Shown piece after piece: positions 1-12,400 of a stretch of DNA of 64,000 nucleotides. The notes under the pieces were generated by a model, which made no database searches, had not been told where the DNA came from, and saw only the letters and a program-made list of their open reading frames with translations. This stretch comes from Convolutriloba macropyga. Lineage: Eukaryota. How positions within the stretch are numbered: the stretch's first letter is position 1; the number at the start of each line of letters is the position of its first letter. The stretch is from positions 70,680,001 through 70,744,000 of the forward strand of contig NC_134471.1 of the NCBI RefSeq assembly GCF_964194025.1, written 5' to 3'. Both the position numbers and the translations under genes were made by a program.

Positions 1-349
1 CCCCTTAAGTGGACTGTAGAATGAAACGTTTGTCGAGTCCTAGAATGATCACAACTAGTTATTAGTGTCTAGGGTCATTCATAAGTATTTCTTAGTCAAA
101 GCTGAGGTTATGTATTTAATGGAGAAAGAACTCGTAACTATTTACAACCTCAGAATTACAGGTGTTCGGTGCTTAGGTTCGGGAAGAAGCAATTCCTTTC
201 GAGAACATTTTTTCTAATTTACGAGGATATAACCGTGATTAAAACTTATTAATGAATAAGGCGGACCAAAATCATGCTTAACTTCAACTAAAAGTTATGT
301 GAGAGTTGGGTCGGCTAATGTTTTAAACAACTTTGCAAACCTGTTTCAG

Positions 350-875
350 TGCATCAACAAGAACCCAAAACCTGTGCAGATGGTCTTTGGCATCAATAAA
401 CGCAATAGTAACTCTATACTTAAGCATCACTCACCAATCAGGCTCAATATTTGCAGCTCATTACCTCAACATCAGATTGAAATCCATCGAGTCCCCATCA
501 GTTGCAATTTTGACTCCGTGCTACACATTACCCGGACGAACTCACATGCATATCTCGAACTTAACTATCAGGTCCCTGGATTGCTGGCCGAATTTGTCAA
601 ATAAGCCAAATTATTACACTGAAACTCAGCTGTTTTTGGAGGACCCTCATAATTGGGTTTTGGAGAATTTCGGAAATGAACGGACGTTTGCGAATTTTTC
701 GTATGTGGTTATGTTTGACTATGTCCATTCACATCTGAAAGATGTATTATCAAGAGATGATATGTATTTGGATAAAACTTTTCATTATTCACATTTCGCA
801 GATAGAAATGATGGTCAAAGTAAGAATATTTTGGTGTTTGCGAACAAAAATTTAACGTCCAAGTTTGAACTGTAG
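350..875 (+). CDS. PIGB: GPI mannosyltransferase 3 (PIG-B), last coding exon; upstream exons lie outside the window
   Basis: Acceptor ctgtttcag ends at 349. The translation LASINAIVTLYLSITHQSG...LTPCYTLPGRTHMH...IRSLDCWPNL...NYYTETQLFLEDPHNW...FHYSHF matches the PIG-B C-terminus (HQRG, MPCHSTP..SHVH, FLQCPPDL, YLDEADVFYLNPLNW, FFHTH). Stop TAG ends at 875. Confidence 0.85.
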
Positions 876-1159
876 CTTTGCTTTGCTTTTTAAATTTTTC
901 CTTTGAAAATTTTTAGTAAAGTATAGTTAATGTGCAATATATATAAATATGCTTTTCTTGTAATTGCTTTTTAAATTGAATTTTTTTCAACATTTGTGTG
1001 CGTTAAAACTTTATTTCCATTTATGTGGTGTAGCTTATTAGGCGTAAAATTGAAAATTATAGTACTCCGCCTCTTAATCTAGAAAGGAGAGGCTGCAATT
1101 AATTACGATTTTAAACTGAGTGTATTAAAAACCTGCTGTAATTGATGTAGTTTTTATAT

Positions 1160-2482
1160 CCATGAGCTGAGCGTAGCTATATTGCGGTGTTCTTGGTGTT
1201 TTTAACAATCCAAAGGATTTGATCTGTATTGGTGCGGTCTTAAGATCTTTTCACAATTTTTTGACTTTGTCATATAGTGATGAATTCAATCACACGGGTA
1301 GAAAAGGGAGCGAAAACCGCGCAGGTTATAAGCGTGATTTTTTCAAAGTACCTTTAAAGTTAGCGAGCAATTGGTGTTTAAACAAATTTTCAATTTTTTG
1401 AAGTTTTACTGTGCGGCCTTTTGACCTCCGTTTTTGCCGTTTTTCTCCTGATGTTCTTAACTAATGGTTTCCAAAGGTCAAAGATGTGTTCTATTACTTC
1501 CTAACTATCTTTTTTGAATTCATTGAAGGGCAGTTATTAGTTTACATGACCTCGACACTGTTTTTGTTTTAATAAAATATGAGTGATTGTACTGCCCAAG
1601 TTTTCTGTACTGTTTAGTGTCATTATTAACTGGTGGCATTGGCTCAAGATTGAGTAGTATTAGAAGTTACATAATACTGGTATAATTTTCAAGTGATGCT
1701 TTTTCAAGTGTTGAATAATTTTCAGTTAGTGTCATCAACTAAATGAGTTCTAAATTCTATACATACAATATTTTTGAAAATGGTGAGGCAATGATTTTGA
1801 TACCTTCAATGTATACCCCAATGGAAAAAATAATTCAAAGGTTAAATGTTTTTCCGATTGTGCATGGATGTCAGAGTAGACTGGTTTTTGAAAGTTCTGA
1901 AACATTTTTATGCTCGAATTTTTCAAGAAGCCAATGAAGTTAACATGTTTTTTTCCCAATACTTTGAACCGATCAGTGTTTCAATTACTCTCAGGCAAAT
2001 TTTGTATTAGTAATTTTGGTCAGCTTTATAATGCGTTTTCTTTGACCTGTTTTAGTTCTCGAGAAGTTCCCATTTGTGGCTTCTGAGATTTTTCTACCGC
2101 TCTCATTCAATTTTGTTTTCAAAAGTTGACAATTGAAGTTCAAATCACAAGAGCGCCGAATTGAGTGTAACAAATGAATTCAAGTTAGTTTTTGTAATTG
2201 CTTATGGATGAAACTCGACGCAATTATTGTGGTCGTGTCTTTTTATGCAAACTTTCTGCTTCAAATTTTTCTCTGTACGAGTCACATTTATCATGTTTGA
2301 CTTCTGGTAATTTCTATGTGATCTAAAATTTCTCCCACTAAATCAAAAGAAAAACAAGCCAAAGTTGTTTTTATGTTTTTTTTCTTCTGAAGCTAAATTC
2401 TGAATAATTATTTTATATTGTTCTGAATAATTATTTTGTATTAAATATTGCTTTCAATAATTAGATATTTTAGAGTAGATGA

Positions 2483-2524
<42 letters not shown>

Positions 2525-4612
2525 GTGTGTGTGTGTGTGTGTTTATGCGTGTTTGTTGATGATTGCTATTTTGGAGAGAAAATTTTCTTTACGTTTTCCT
2601 GAAGGACCTCAGTTATTTTTCTCGTATGTATGTATATACCTAGTTCATGACGATAAAAGTTTTGCAAAAATTTTGTTAGTTTTATTTACATTAATTTCTT
2701 TGAGTTACATGCTCGTATCCGTGGTTTCTTGAAACCGGTTTTTCTTTAAAAACTTACGGGTTTCTGGTAGACGATATATTTCAATTCAAGTATCATTTTC
2801 CATTTCTATGAGGTATTTTTTTGAGAATTTGTTGCACGAGAATCTAACTGTCAGAGTTATCTTGAGACGCAATTGATCAGTATTGCGTAAAATAGGTTAA
2901 GTTTTCTAATAATTATCTTAATCAATCAAGTACTTCTTCTTCTACAATCAAGTAATTATCTTAATCAATTAAGCTGAAACTTTTTATCTCATCTTCCAAA
3001 ACTCCCTAATTGTTTTTTTTTTATCTTTTTTGTATTGTGAATTCTCAACTTGCCTATTTGAATTTTCCAATCCTTTGCGCAGCTATTGTTTTGAGTGTTT
3101 TTTGGTTCTTTACATCAAGTTTTCTACGGAAGTGTTTTATTTTTTTTCAAAGTTGATCACTCTTATCTACCGAAAAGCCCGAAAATTTGTCTCGCTAGTG
3201 CATGCTTACTTCTTTCACAAAGTAACCTTATTTCAACAATTTAAATGGAGAACCTCTAAAGATCAGCGATTTGATATAGAGCAATCATAGTAGGGCTAAT
3301 CAACTATCACCAGAGTTTGCCTCAAATATTTGTGTCCTGGTGTTCTTTTAATGCAAACTTATACTAGTTTATTTTGTTCTGAGTGATTAGATTTTTTCAG
3401 CGATAGAATTGGGATAAACGGATAAAACTCGGTTTCAGGAAGCTACAGTGCGCTGCTTTTTGAAATTTTGTAGGCACTAAGTGTTTCGTTCATCGAAACT
3501 GCTGAGGCTACATAAGTTCATTGAGTGAAAGGCTAATATGGTAGGCTATGACCATTACTATCCAGTTAGCCCAGTTTTTGCTAGCCTAAGACAGCCAAAG
3601 CCATCTAGACGCAAGTTATTGACCGGCGTTAGTTTCTTATATTTCACTCTATTGAGTTTGGATTTTGGGTTTGCTATAATTTTTTTGTGAGATATTCTCA
3701 CGTTTTTCCGATTACTTTGAGCTTTCGAAACGTGATAAACAGGTAAAACATAGAAGGTTTTAGTTTGCACTATAGGCCTAAACGGAGTTTTTTAATTTCA
3801 AGTGCTAAATGTGCCGAGTTGCTGAGAAGACCTGAATTGTAGCTGAGAACGTCAATATTTGAACTTTTAAGGCCAAGATGGCGCACTTTTTCGTGATTTT
3901 GCTGCTTAATTTTTGTTAATTGTTGTTGACTGAGGTCTTCAATCGGCGTTGAATGCAGTTAATAGACATCTTGTGAAAGCAAAATGTCTTTTATGTTTTT
4001 ATAGAGGCATATGTAATGTGATAACAATATTTACAGCTATTTTATTTTTGAAATATTTTGCACAGTAGAGGCTGATGTTTTAATTAGCGGCGGTCATTTT
4101 CAAATTTTTGACAGAACGAGATTGGGTTGGAAGACACTAGCTACGAAAAATTAAATAAGCATTGAGTTTTGCTACTGTTTTGAACATTTTTGAGTATGTG
4201 TTTGCCTTATACGTCGAGCCAGTTATCTGCTAACTTGGTGGTAATCCATTCTGTAGCTTTTACCGGCTAAAACTTTGTTTAGAAGACAGCAGAAAAAAAA
4301 TAAAGCAAATCAGTTTGCTGTTTTCCAGCTCCTCGAAAATTTTACCCTTCCTGCTTTTTTTCTTGGGGTCAAGTTGTCAATATAAGTTGCTGCAGACCAC
4401 TAACAGTCAAATGAAAATGGCGCCAAATTTGGTGTTAATTTTTCACTTCAATTTTTAGTAGTTATACACGATAATTATTAACCTTTATTGACACCTCAAA
4501 GTAATTTGAAGCACCTAAAAGTGATTTTAATTCCCTCCCGTCAAACTGCTGTGGACTGTAATAGTTTCGAGCTGCCAATTGTCATTGGTTGCGCAATTTT
4601 TCCGACGTTAGT
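1160..4612 (+). mobile_element. Long non-coding dispersed repeat, Helentron-associated (HINE/DINE-1-like), copy A
   Basis: Colinear similarity to 5212-7650 (e.g. 2100-2720 vs 5860-6350; 3240-4610 vs 6380-7640). Its 5' motif gagc.agctatattgcggtg recurs at about 15070. It has an internal (GT)n tract and a 3' motif gcaatt..ccgacgttagt that recurs at 7624 and 21818. No credible ORF. Confidence 0.55.
2482..2550. repeat. (GT)n microsatellite
   Basis: Long gtgtgt tract seen directly; a shorter equivalent lies at about 6172-6190 in copy B. Confidence 0.95.
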
Positions 4613-5211
4613 AGTGTGGTCTGCAACCATGTAAAACGTATGAACTGATTCTCGGTTTACTTGGATGTTATTCGGAAACATTTGTAATATTTGATTTGAT
4701 GAACGAACTGGCGAACCGCGCGTGTCTATTTTACTATTTTATTTTATTTGGATCGAGCACTCAAATATATTTTACTTTTATCGAGCAATGAAAATTATTT
4801 TCATTTATTTCTTTTTTTCTAATTGCTCTCAAACGAAGTTTGTAGCAATTATATTAGTCCTGTCGGTCTTTTTTTATGCGATTTTCGCTTGACCGATTTT
4901 TCGTCTGACGCTTTTGACTTTTCGTCCTCAAAAACGGGATAAACAGGTACCGCCCAGCGGGCATTAAGTGCTTTTAGAGCCTTTCAGCTCTGTTTCAGCT
5001 CAAACTGTTTTTGGAGACTTATACTTATGGTATGAAGGGCGGTTCTTAGAGGTTGACACCCCCCCACCCTCACTATTGCTGCCACCCCCCACCGCGCTGT
5101 TGCCCCCCCCCCCCAACCCAGTGTCCCCCCAATCAGCCTCCGGTGCTCATTTTTTTCAGTCCCGTATCTTTGGTATTGTCAATAGATGTTCTATTAATTT
5201 TTAGATTATAA

Positions 5212-7650
5212 TGGATGCTTTTCAATTGTTCAGCAGTTTGCAGTTTAATTTTCATCATTCCCGGTTGTTTCTGAGGTTCTAAGTTCTAAAGGCGATATAA
5301 AAATTGTAACGCAATGCTGATTTTGATACCTTAGTTGTAAAACTCAACTAAATAAATAACTGGGTATATGTTTTTCCGATTATATTTGCATGTAAGAGAA
5401 GACTAGTTTGAAAATTTATGAAACACATGGAAGCCCGAAGTTATCCAAGAGGTCAATGAAGTTAGCTTGGGTTTTTTTTTCCAATAATTTTTGAAAAGCT
5501 GCGTGTTAACAAAACTTCTCTAAAAGCACCTAATTGAGTAAGTTTCAAACTTTAGGGTAATTCTGTATTAAATAGTCCGCTTGTTGAAATTCAGACTTAA
5601 TAGCGCCATAATAATATATTTCAGTTCAAAAGTCTAAAATGTTTATTTTCGAATCGCTGGATGTAAGCAAAACTCGTTGTAAAAACACCTATATTTGTAT
5701 TTTTTCTGTATTAGAAAGTAGGGTCAACACGATATAGTTATACCCTATAAATACAAGTAGGGTTTCAATGACCTTATGCGCTTTGTTTGATCGAATTTAT
5801 TTCTCGATGTTTTTCCATGTATGGCCTCATTTTTTACCGCTTATTTATTTTTTTTTCGAATTTTGACTTTGATATTCAAATTAAAAGACTGCCGAATTAA
5901 GTGTGACATCTGAAATGAATTCAGTTTTTGTAATTGCTTATGGAAACGCCAAGCACTTATTGTGTTGTATCTTTCCGCTTCAGATTTTTCTCTGTTCAGG
6001 TCGCATTTATCTTGACTTCTCACAATTTCAATGTTATCTAAACTTTTGCCCACTAAAGCTAGGTGAAAAACAAGCCAAAGTTTGTGTCATGTTTTTTTTG
6101 CGCGTGGAACTCAATTCTAAAATTTTATTCTCTGTTGTTGTCAATTATTAGATATTTTAGAGAGTAGACGGGAGTGTGTGCGTGTGTGTTTTTATGCCTG
6201 TTTGGTTGTAATTGCTATTTTGGAGAGAATCTTTCTTAAGAAGTTTTTTTGCAGGAAGGACCTCAATTATTTTTAATCAAATGTATAAATGTTCATGACG
6301 ATAGAAGATTTTTAGATTTACATTAACTTCTTTTGAGTTACATGCTCGTATTTATCGTTTCTTATTTTAACAATTTAGATGGGGAATTTCTAAGGAGCAG
6401 CGGGTTACATATAGAGCAATCGTAAAATCGAAGGTTAATTAACTATCAACAAAATTTGCCTCAATTATTTGCGCCCTGGTGGTCTTTTAATGACAACTTT
6501 TGCTGGATATTTTTTTCTGAGCGATTCAATTTCGCATCGACAGAAACGAGTTAAATGGATGAAACTCAAGGTAGCAAGTTACAGTGCGCTGCTTTCGGTG
6601 ATTTAGTAGTCCCCAAGTGTTTCGTTCACCGAAGCTGCTGAGGATGCATTAGTTCATTGAGTGAAAGGCGAATGTGGTAGGTTATGACGCCTCTTATCCA
6701 GTCAGGCTAGTCTTCGCTGACTCAAGACAGCCAACTCGTCGCCAGTTCTTTGAGACTAATTCGACCGGCATTAGTTTCTTACATTTTATATTAATCTAAA
6801 GAATTTGGATTTCAGTATTGATGTCTTTATTTTTCCAATTGCTTTGGGCTTTGGAAACGGGATAAACATGTAAGGCAGTATAGGCTCTAAACTGGGTATG
6901 GTAATCTTTTTGACTTCAAGTGCTGAGTGTGTAGAAGTTGTTGAAAAGGTTTAAATTGCACCTGAAAAACCAATGTTTGTAGATTTTTAGCCCAAAATGG
7001 CGCAGTTTTCGTTTTGTTTTTTGGACTGTGGTCTTCAATCGTCTTTGAGCACAGTTAATAGACATCTTGTGAAAGCAAAAATGTCATCTCATGTTATTTT
7101 ATGTTTTGATTTTTTGCACAGTAAAGGCTGATCAATGGTTCAAATTCCGGCGGACTTCGCGTAATTTTTCAGCTTCGAGAAATTGGAAAACTTGCATTTT
7201 TGAGTGTTTTCTTTGTGTTTTTGCTTGTTTGTCCTTTTTACGTCGTGCAGGGTTTTTGCTAACCTGGTTGCAAGCCATTTTGTAGATTTTAGCAGGTAAA
7301 GCTTTGTTCAGAAGACCTAAGCAGTATAAAAATCAAGCAAATCAGATTGCTGTTTTTCCAGTTCCTCGAAAGTTTTGCCCTTCCTGCTCTTTTTTTGTTC
7401 AAGTTGTCAGTAAAACTCAAGTGGGTATAGATGCTTAACTAAAAGTGAAATGAAAGGGGGTGCCAAACGTTGTGTAATTTTTGTCATTTACATTTTTAGA
7501 GTTTATACACGGTATATAATAACCTCTTATGACGTCATGTTGAGCCTTCTGAATGGATTTAGTTAACTCCCTCTCAGACTGGAGAGGACTGTAATAAAAT
7601 CGAGCTACCAATCGTCGTTGAAGAGCAATTCCTCCGACGTTAGTCGGTTA
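5212..7650 (+). mobile_element. Second diverged copy (B) of the long non-coding repeat
   Basis: Colinear with 1690-4612. Ends in the hairpin ccgac-gtta-gtcgg followed by ttattttt. Confidence 0.6.
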
Positions 7651-8254
7651 TTTTTATCGAATCTTTTTATCGTAATTTTTTTTGACAATTTCTGTTGTTT
7701 TTGCCTGCCACTTCTTTTCTAGATTTCTCTTCCAACACCAACTGTTCAAATGCTTAACGTTTAATTGGTCTGATAATGAAGTCAAAGATTTTCAAGTTCT
7801 TCCTTTAATTACTCTTCTTTGGTGTGTTGCTCTGGACTTGTCCTGCTGTATTTTTTTGTTTTTGTTTATTAAAGATTATAAATTACTTGAAACAAAATAT
7901 TTTTACGATAGGTGTCAGTCTAGAAGATTGAGTAGGTTTTCTGCGTATCAATGTTTGTATAAGTTTTTAAGTTGGAACGAATCTTCGGAGTCGTGCGTTC
8001 AATTTTTCAGTTGTCCTACATGATTGGTTTTTTGACCGCTTAACCTAACGAAGGAAAATGTCATGATGATCACACATTACTTACTTAGCTTACGTTCAAC
8101 TGAAATGAGTTTTACGTTCAACTTTTGTTTATTTGGTGACATTATGTTTAAGGGAAGGTTTTTGCTAATTTTTCTCTTATAAGCACTTATAAGCCTCAAC
8201 ATGTTTGTTTTTCAGGGGATAGATGTAGAGAGTTTAGCATCTCGTAGTTGTGAA

Positions 8255-10354
8255 ATGTTAAAGTTGCGGAAACGGCCTCCGCCAACCGCAAGTTTAGCAG
8301 AGCAGAAGAGGAAACATCGCAAGAACATTGCCAAACTGCTTCAGAAATCGCGTGAGTCACTGAACGAGTCAGAATTAAAGCTTCTAGAATCATCTGCAGA
8401 TACAATCAAAATTATCAACCAATCAAAACGTTCCAAACAACTCAGCATATCAAGGCAGAATATCGTTGTCGATGACGAAGAGCTATTGACTGAGAAAGTC
8501 GACCAATTAGCAGCTTTAATTCGCAATAGGGATTTGTTTCCTTTCATTGGGCTGAATTAGTAACCAATAGACCAAACAGAGTGCATGGACAGCCAAGTTG
8601 TATAGATATTGCGACCCAAATCCAAAAGTTGAAGAAATTAAAATTTTTTGGCTAGTGAAATTTTTGACGCATTTTCACCCGAGATACATTTTTCTCTTAC
8701 TCATTGAGCAATTGGTTATATTTCTGCCATAGGCCAGCTGTTTGAATTATCTTCAAATACTAATTCATCAAAAGTACACTGAGTTTTGCGTTACCTGTCG
8801 TTTTAAATCAACTTTTTCAGTATAATTACTATTATTTTATCCCTTTTCATGAAAATTCCTCAAAAATTTGTAGAAATAACGTTTTTGTCACAGTTTTTGA
8901 TCTAAACGTGCACCGTTAGTTTCAACTCTAGATCAATTCTCGCTTGAGTGCGACGCGGATTGGCTAAATTCTCAATAAAAGGAAACATTTCATATTTAAT
9001 TTACAGCAATTGCTGTCTGTTCTACACTGGTGCTGGCATTTCGACCTCATGTGGTCTGCCCGACTTCCGTTCACGTGAGTGGGGTGCGTGGACAAATACT
9101 GACAGTGTGAAGGAGTATTTGTCCAACTCAGAGAGGTCGCCATTTGCTATGATGAGGCCAGCTGCCTCACACATGTGCATTCAGGTTCTTTTAAAATTTT
9201 CAAAGCTTTTGAAACCATTTTTAGTGTCGGTAATTGAGTGATTGCCGTCAATTCAGGATGCTACATACCTTTTGAGTGCGTGTGCCAATGTACGTTGGGT
9301 TAGTCAATTGACAGCTAAGCCATCGAGACTGCTCCCTTCATTGCAGGCTTTCTATCATGAGAAATTTTAGTCTTTGAATTTTTAGCCAGAATTTTGAGTA
9401 GAAACTTGTGATTTGATAGGAATTTTCGCTTCTTCTAGGAATTGTCGCGAAAGAATCAATGAGGTACCATTTATTGGAGCATTAGTCATTTATCAAATAT
9501 CGTCTAATTCTTCACAAAGTTTATAATTTTGTGAGCTCACCATTTAAATTCATTTTGATCGATTGCGTTTCGTTGTTCGCGGGTGTTCGCCAAGATTTTG
9601 TTCATTTCGCACTTTTTGATGCCTGTTATAATGTGTTTAGGCCTTAGTATCTCAGGGACTTATCCAACACGTGGTATCACAGAACTGTGATGGCTTGCAT
9701 CTTCGCTCGGGTATTCCTCCCCAACGCCTCTCAGAAATCCATGGAAACATGTTTGCAGAAGCTTGTACCGAGTGCCAACCTCAATGTGTTTTCTACAGAC
9801 GCTTCGACGTAACTGAATCCACGAGTTTCAGGAAACATTTCACGAGTCGCGTCTGCCCCGAGTGCAATAGTCGGTTACGCGACACTGTCGTGCATCGTGA
9901 CGAGTACAACACCACCGATTACCCACAAAATTGGGTTACAATTGACCCGTTAGCCCAAAAAGCAGACCTAGTTGTGTGTATGGGTTCTCGTATGGATATT
10001 ATCAAGTGCTACAAGCGGTTATGGCGAAGTCCTGGAGTTGAAAAGAAACGTCTTGTCATCATCAATCTTGGCTGGACGACAAAAGATAAAATTTGTCGTC
10101 TGAAAATCAACGGTGACTGTGATGAAGTCATGAACATGCTATGCAATAAGCTCAATATCAAACCCGTTGAGTATAACAAGGAAAACGATTTGTTACTTCA
10201 AATTGCTGATAGAACCCTGAAGGGTTTTAATGGTGGTAGTGGTGAACCAAAGACACCTGATATTTATAATGAAGATGAAATATCAAACTCAAAGGGTTAC
10301 ATTCCTGGTTGGATGCGAGTGATTTTGAATCGCGTCCATAACTCGAAAAAGTAG
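8255..10354 (+). CDS. SIRT7: NAD-dependent deacylase, sirtuin-7-like (class IV); coding exons 8255-8529 (or 8535), 9007-9184 and 9641-10354
   Basis: The N-terminal helix (VVDDEELLTEKVDQLAALIRN, cf. SIRT7 VCDDPEELRGKVRELASAVRN), YTGAGISTS, QHVVSQNCDGLHLRSG, SEIHGNMF, two CxxC zinc motifs, RRFDVTE, KCYKRLW and LKINGDCDEVM all match SIRT7. Acceptors ttacag (9006) and tttag (9640), donor gttctt (9185); splice phases are compatible. An upstream acceptor ends at 8215. Confidence 0.9.
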
Positions 10355-10633
10355 ATGCGATAATATGTTTCTGCCTCCCTCACTTGAACCTATTCATCAT
10401 TGATCTTAGATTTGACGCCCTTGAGATAGTAGTGTTCTAACTTTGTGTGCGTCTATCATGTAACGCATGTACTTGACACATAACCATCATTAGTGAAAAA
10501 AACTTGAAATTTGTGCATAATATGGAGGAGGAAGAAACATGTCTTTGAGGTTTTCAGTTTCGTATTATCGACGATTTCAGTTAATTTGCTACCATTTATT
10601 ACGATCAGTAATTTAATATTTGTACGTGGGAAT

Positions 10634-11440
10634 GTTTTTAGCAGCCACGAAGCGATAGCGGCTATTATAGGGGACATCGTTGTGTCTTTTTAAGATCTGT
10701 TCACACCTCAGGATTTTTGAAGTAAATTTGGAGTAGTGATTTTGTTCACGCCGAAACAGGAAGTGGAGCGAAAAAGCTAGTGGTCTTGCGGCGTGAAATG
10801 TTGTCACTCACATGCGGCAATTTCATTTTGATTTTAAATGTTTTTCGATGTTTTGGATCGGATTTTTTTCTAAATGGTTTTCCAATCCATGCATAGGTCA
10901 TTATAGGCCTAGTTGTTTGTTTGAACCAAATTGCCCTTTCTCGCTAGTGGTTTTTTGTTCACGTGCGGCAATTTCACTTTGACTTTTTCTGATATATCGG
11001 TTTTTTGGATCTGATTTTTCTTAGAAATGGTTTTCTCAATTCACTCAAAGTCCATTCTAGGTGTAGTTTTTTGTTTAGTCAATGAAAATTCTTTGAATTG
11101 TACGTCGAGACTTGTCCTGCTATATTTTTGTATTTCGTCAAGATTTTTGTTACGACCATATGACTTACCTCACTCTCAAAAATGACTTCCTCTTTTTGAA
11201 ATTGACCTTTATTTTCTTTAATTCAAAGAGATAAGGTCAAATGGGTGTGTGTCACTTTAATTGAAGGGTATCTGAGAGCAGATAATAGAGGCAGCAAAAA
11301 CTTACAGATTTTTAATCAAAATATAACATATGAGCCTTTAATGAAAAGACGAGTTTTTTTGGGCTGTCTTTTTTGCTTTTTTTGAGGCTGCAGATCTACG
11401 AAGCTGTTGCGGCTATTTTCTGGCAATCTGCCAGCTCTGT
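10634..11440 (+). mobile_element. HINE/DINE-1-like non-autonomous element (family 2)
   Basis: 5' end ttttagcagcc...atagcggctatt; 3' end gcggctatttt followed by the hairpin ctggc-aatct-gccag. The body is similar to 50440-51362, 11445-12400, 16250-16830 and 22380-22740. Confidence 0.6.
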
Positions 11441-11444
11441 TTGT

Positions 11445-12400
11445 AATTTTTTGATCTGATTTTTATTAGAAATGGTTTTTTCCAATTCTCTCTTTTTTTT
11501 CAATTCTCTTTTTGTTTAGTCAATGAAAATTCTTTGAATTGTACGTCAGGACTTGTCCTGCTATGTTTTTTTTATTTCGTCGTCAAGATTTTTGTTACGG
11601 CGATATGACGTCACAACCTCATCAAATCTGCTTTTTGTTCATTCGTTCATGCAATTTCCACTGAAGTGCGTGCGTGACGTCATTTTTCACTCTTAGTGGA
11701 GCGAGTTTTTTTGTTCGTTCGCGCGATTAAATTTTTGATCACACTTGACTTGCTCACTTTAAGACTGACTGTTTCGACTTTAATTCAAGGAGATAAGGCC
11801 AAGTGAGTGTATGTGTAACTGTACATGAAGGTTTTTTAAGAGCAGCTAATAGGGACAGCAATAACTTAGATATTGGAGTTGCGATGTTTTTTTTAGTTCG
11901 TTGTCTCTATCGATGATTCTTGTGACCTGACTTCTTGGAATTGACTTTTTCATGACCTCAGTAGTTTAGACTGCTTTGAAGTTAAAATTTGTGTGCGTGA
12001 CGTCATTTTTTCTGCTTTAAGGTCAATTGCATGACCTACCTCATTCAAAAAAATGACTTCTGAACCCGCTCAATGAACTTTAAATTTTGTGCACATTTAC
12101 TAGTTAAAGGTCAATAGTGTAATTTTAAGTAGTGCCAAACGTATATGCCCTAATTTTTGAGTATTAGAGTCTTGAGTTTTGGATTTCAAGTATTAATTTC
12201 GAAATAGCTTCATTAGGGCTTTTTCCTTATAGAGCGCAGGTGTCTCATAAAAATGACAGTCAGAATCTAATCAAAAAGTCCAGTGGCCGATTAAAGGACT
12301 GGCCGTCATTCTGTCTATCTTATTTCTTTCGTTGTTTCAATTCATACAAGGCCACAAGCGTCTATCGGGGCTATTTCCCGGCAATCTGCCGGCTATGTTC
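11445..12400 (+). mobile_element. Adjacent partial copy of HINE-like family 2
   Basis: Repeats 11005-11170 (gtcaatgaaaattctttgaattgtacgtc..gacttgtcctgctat) and ends in ggctatttc-ccggc-aatct-gccgg-ctatgtt. Confidence 0.55.

Noticed and set aside
2448-2732. 94-aa ORF with VCVCVC repeats
   Set aside because: It is the translation of the (GT)n microsatellite inside a repeat.
4968-5204. Pro-rich ORF; likewise the Pro/Gly-rich ORF at 19835-20134
   Set aside because: Produced by poly-C/poly-G tracts of small non-coding repeats; no coding signal.
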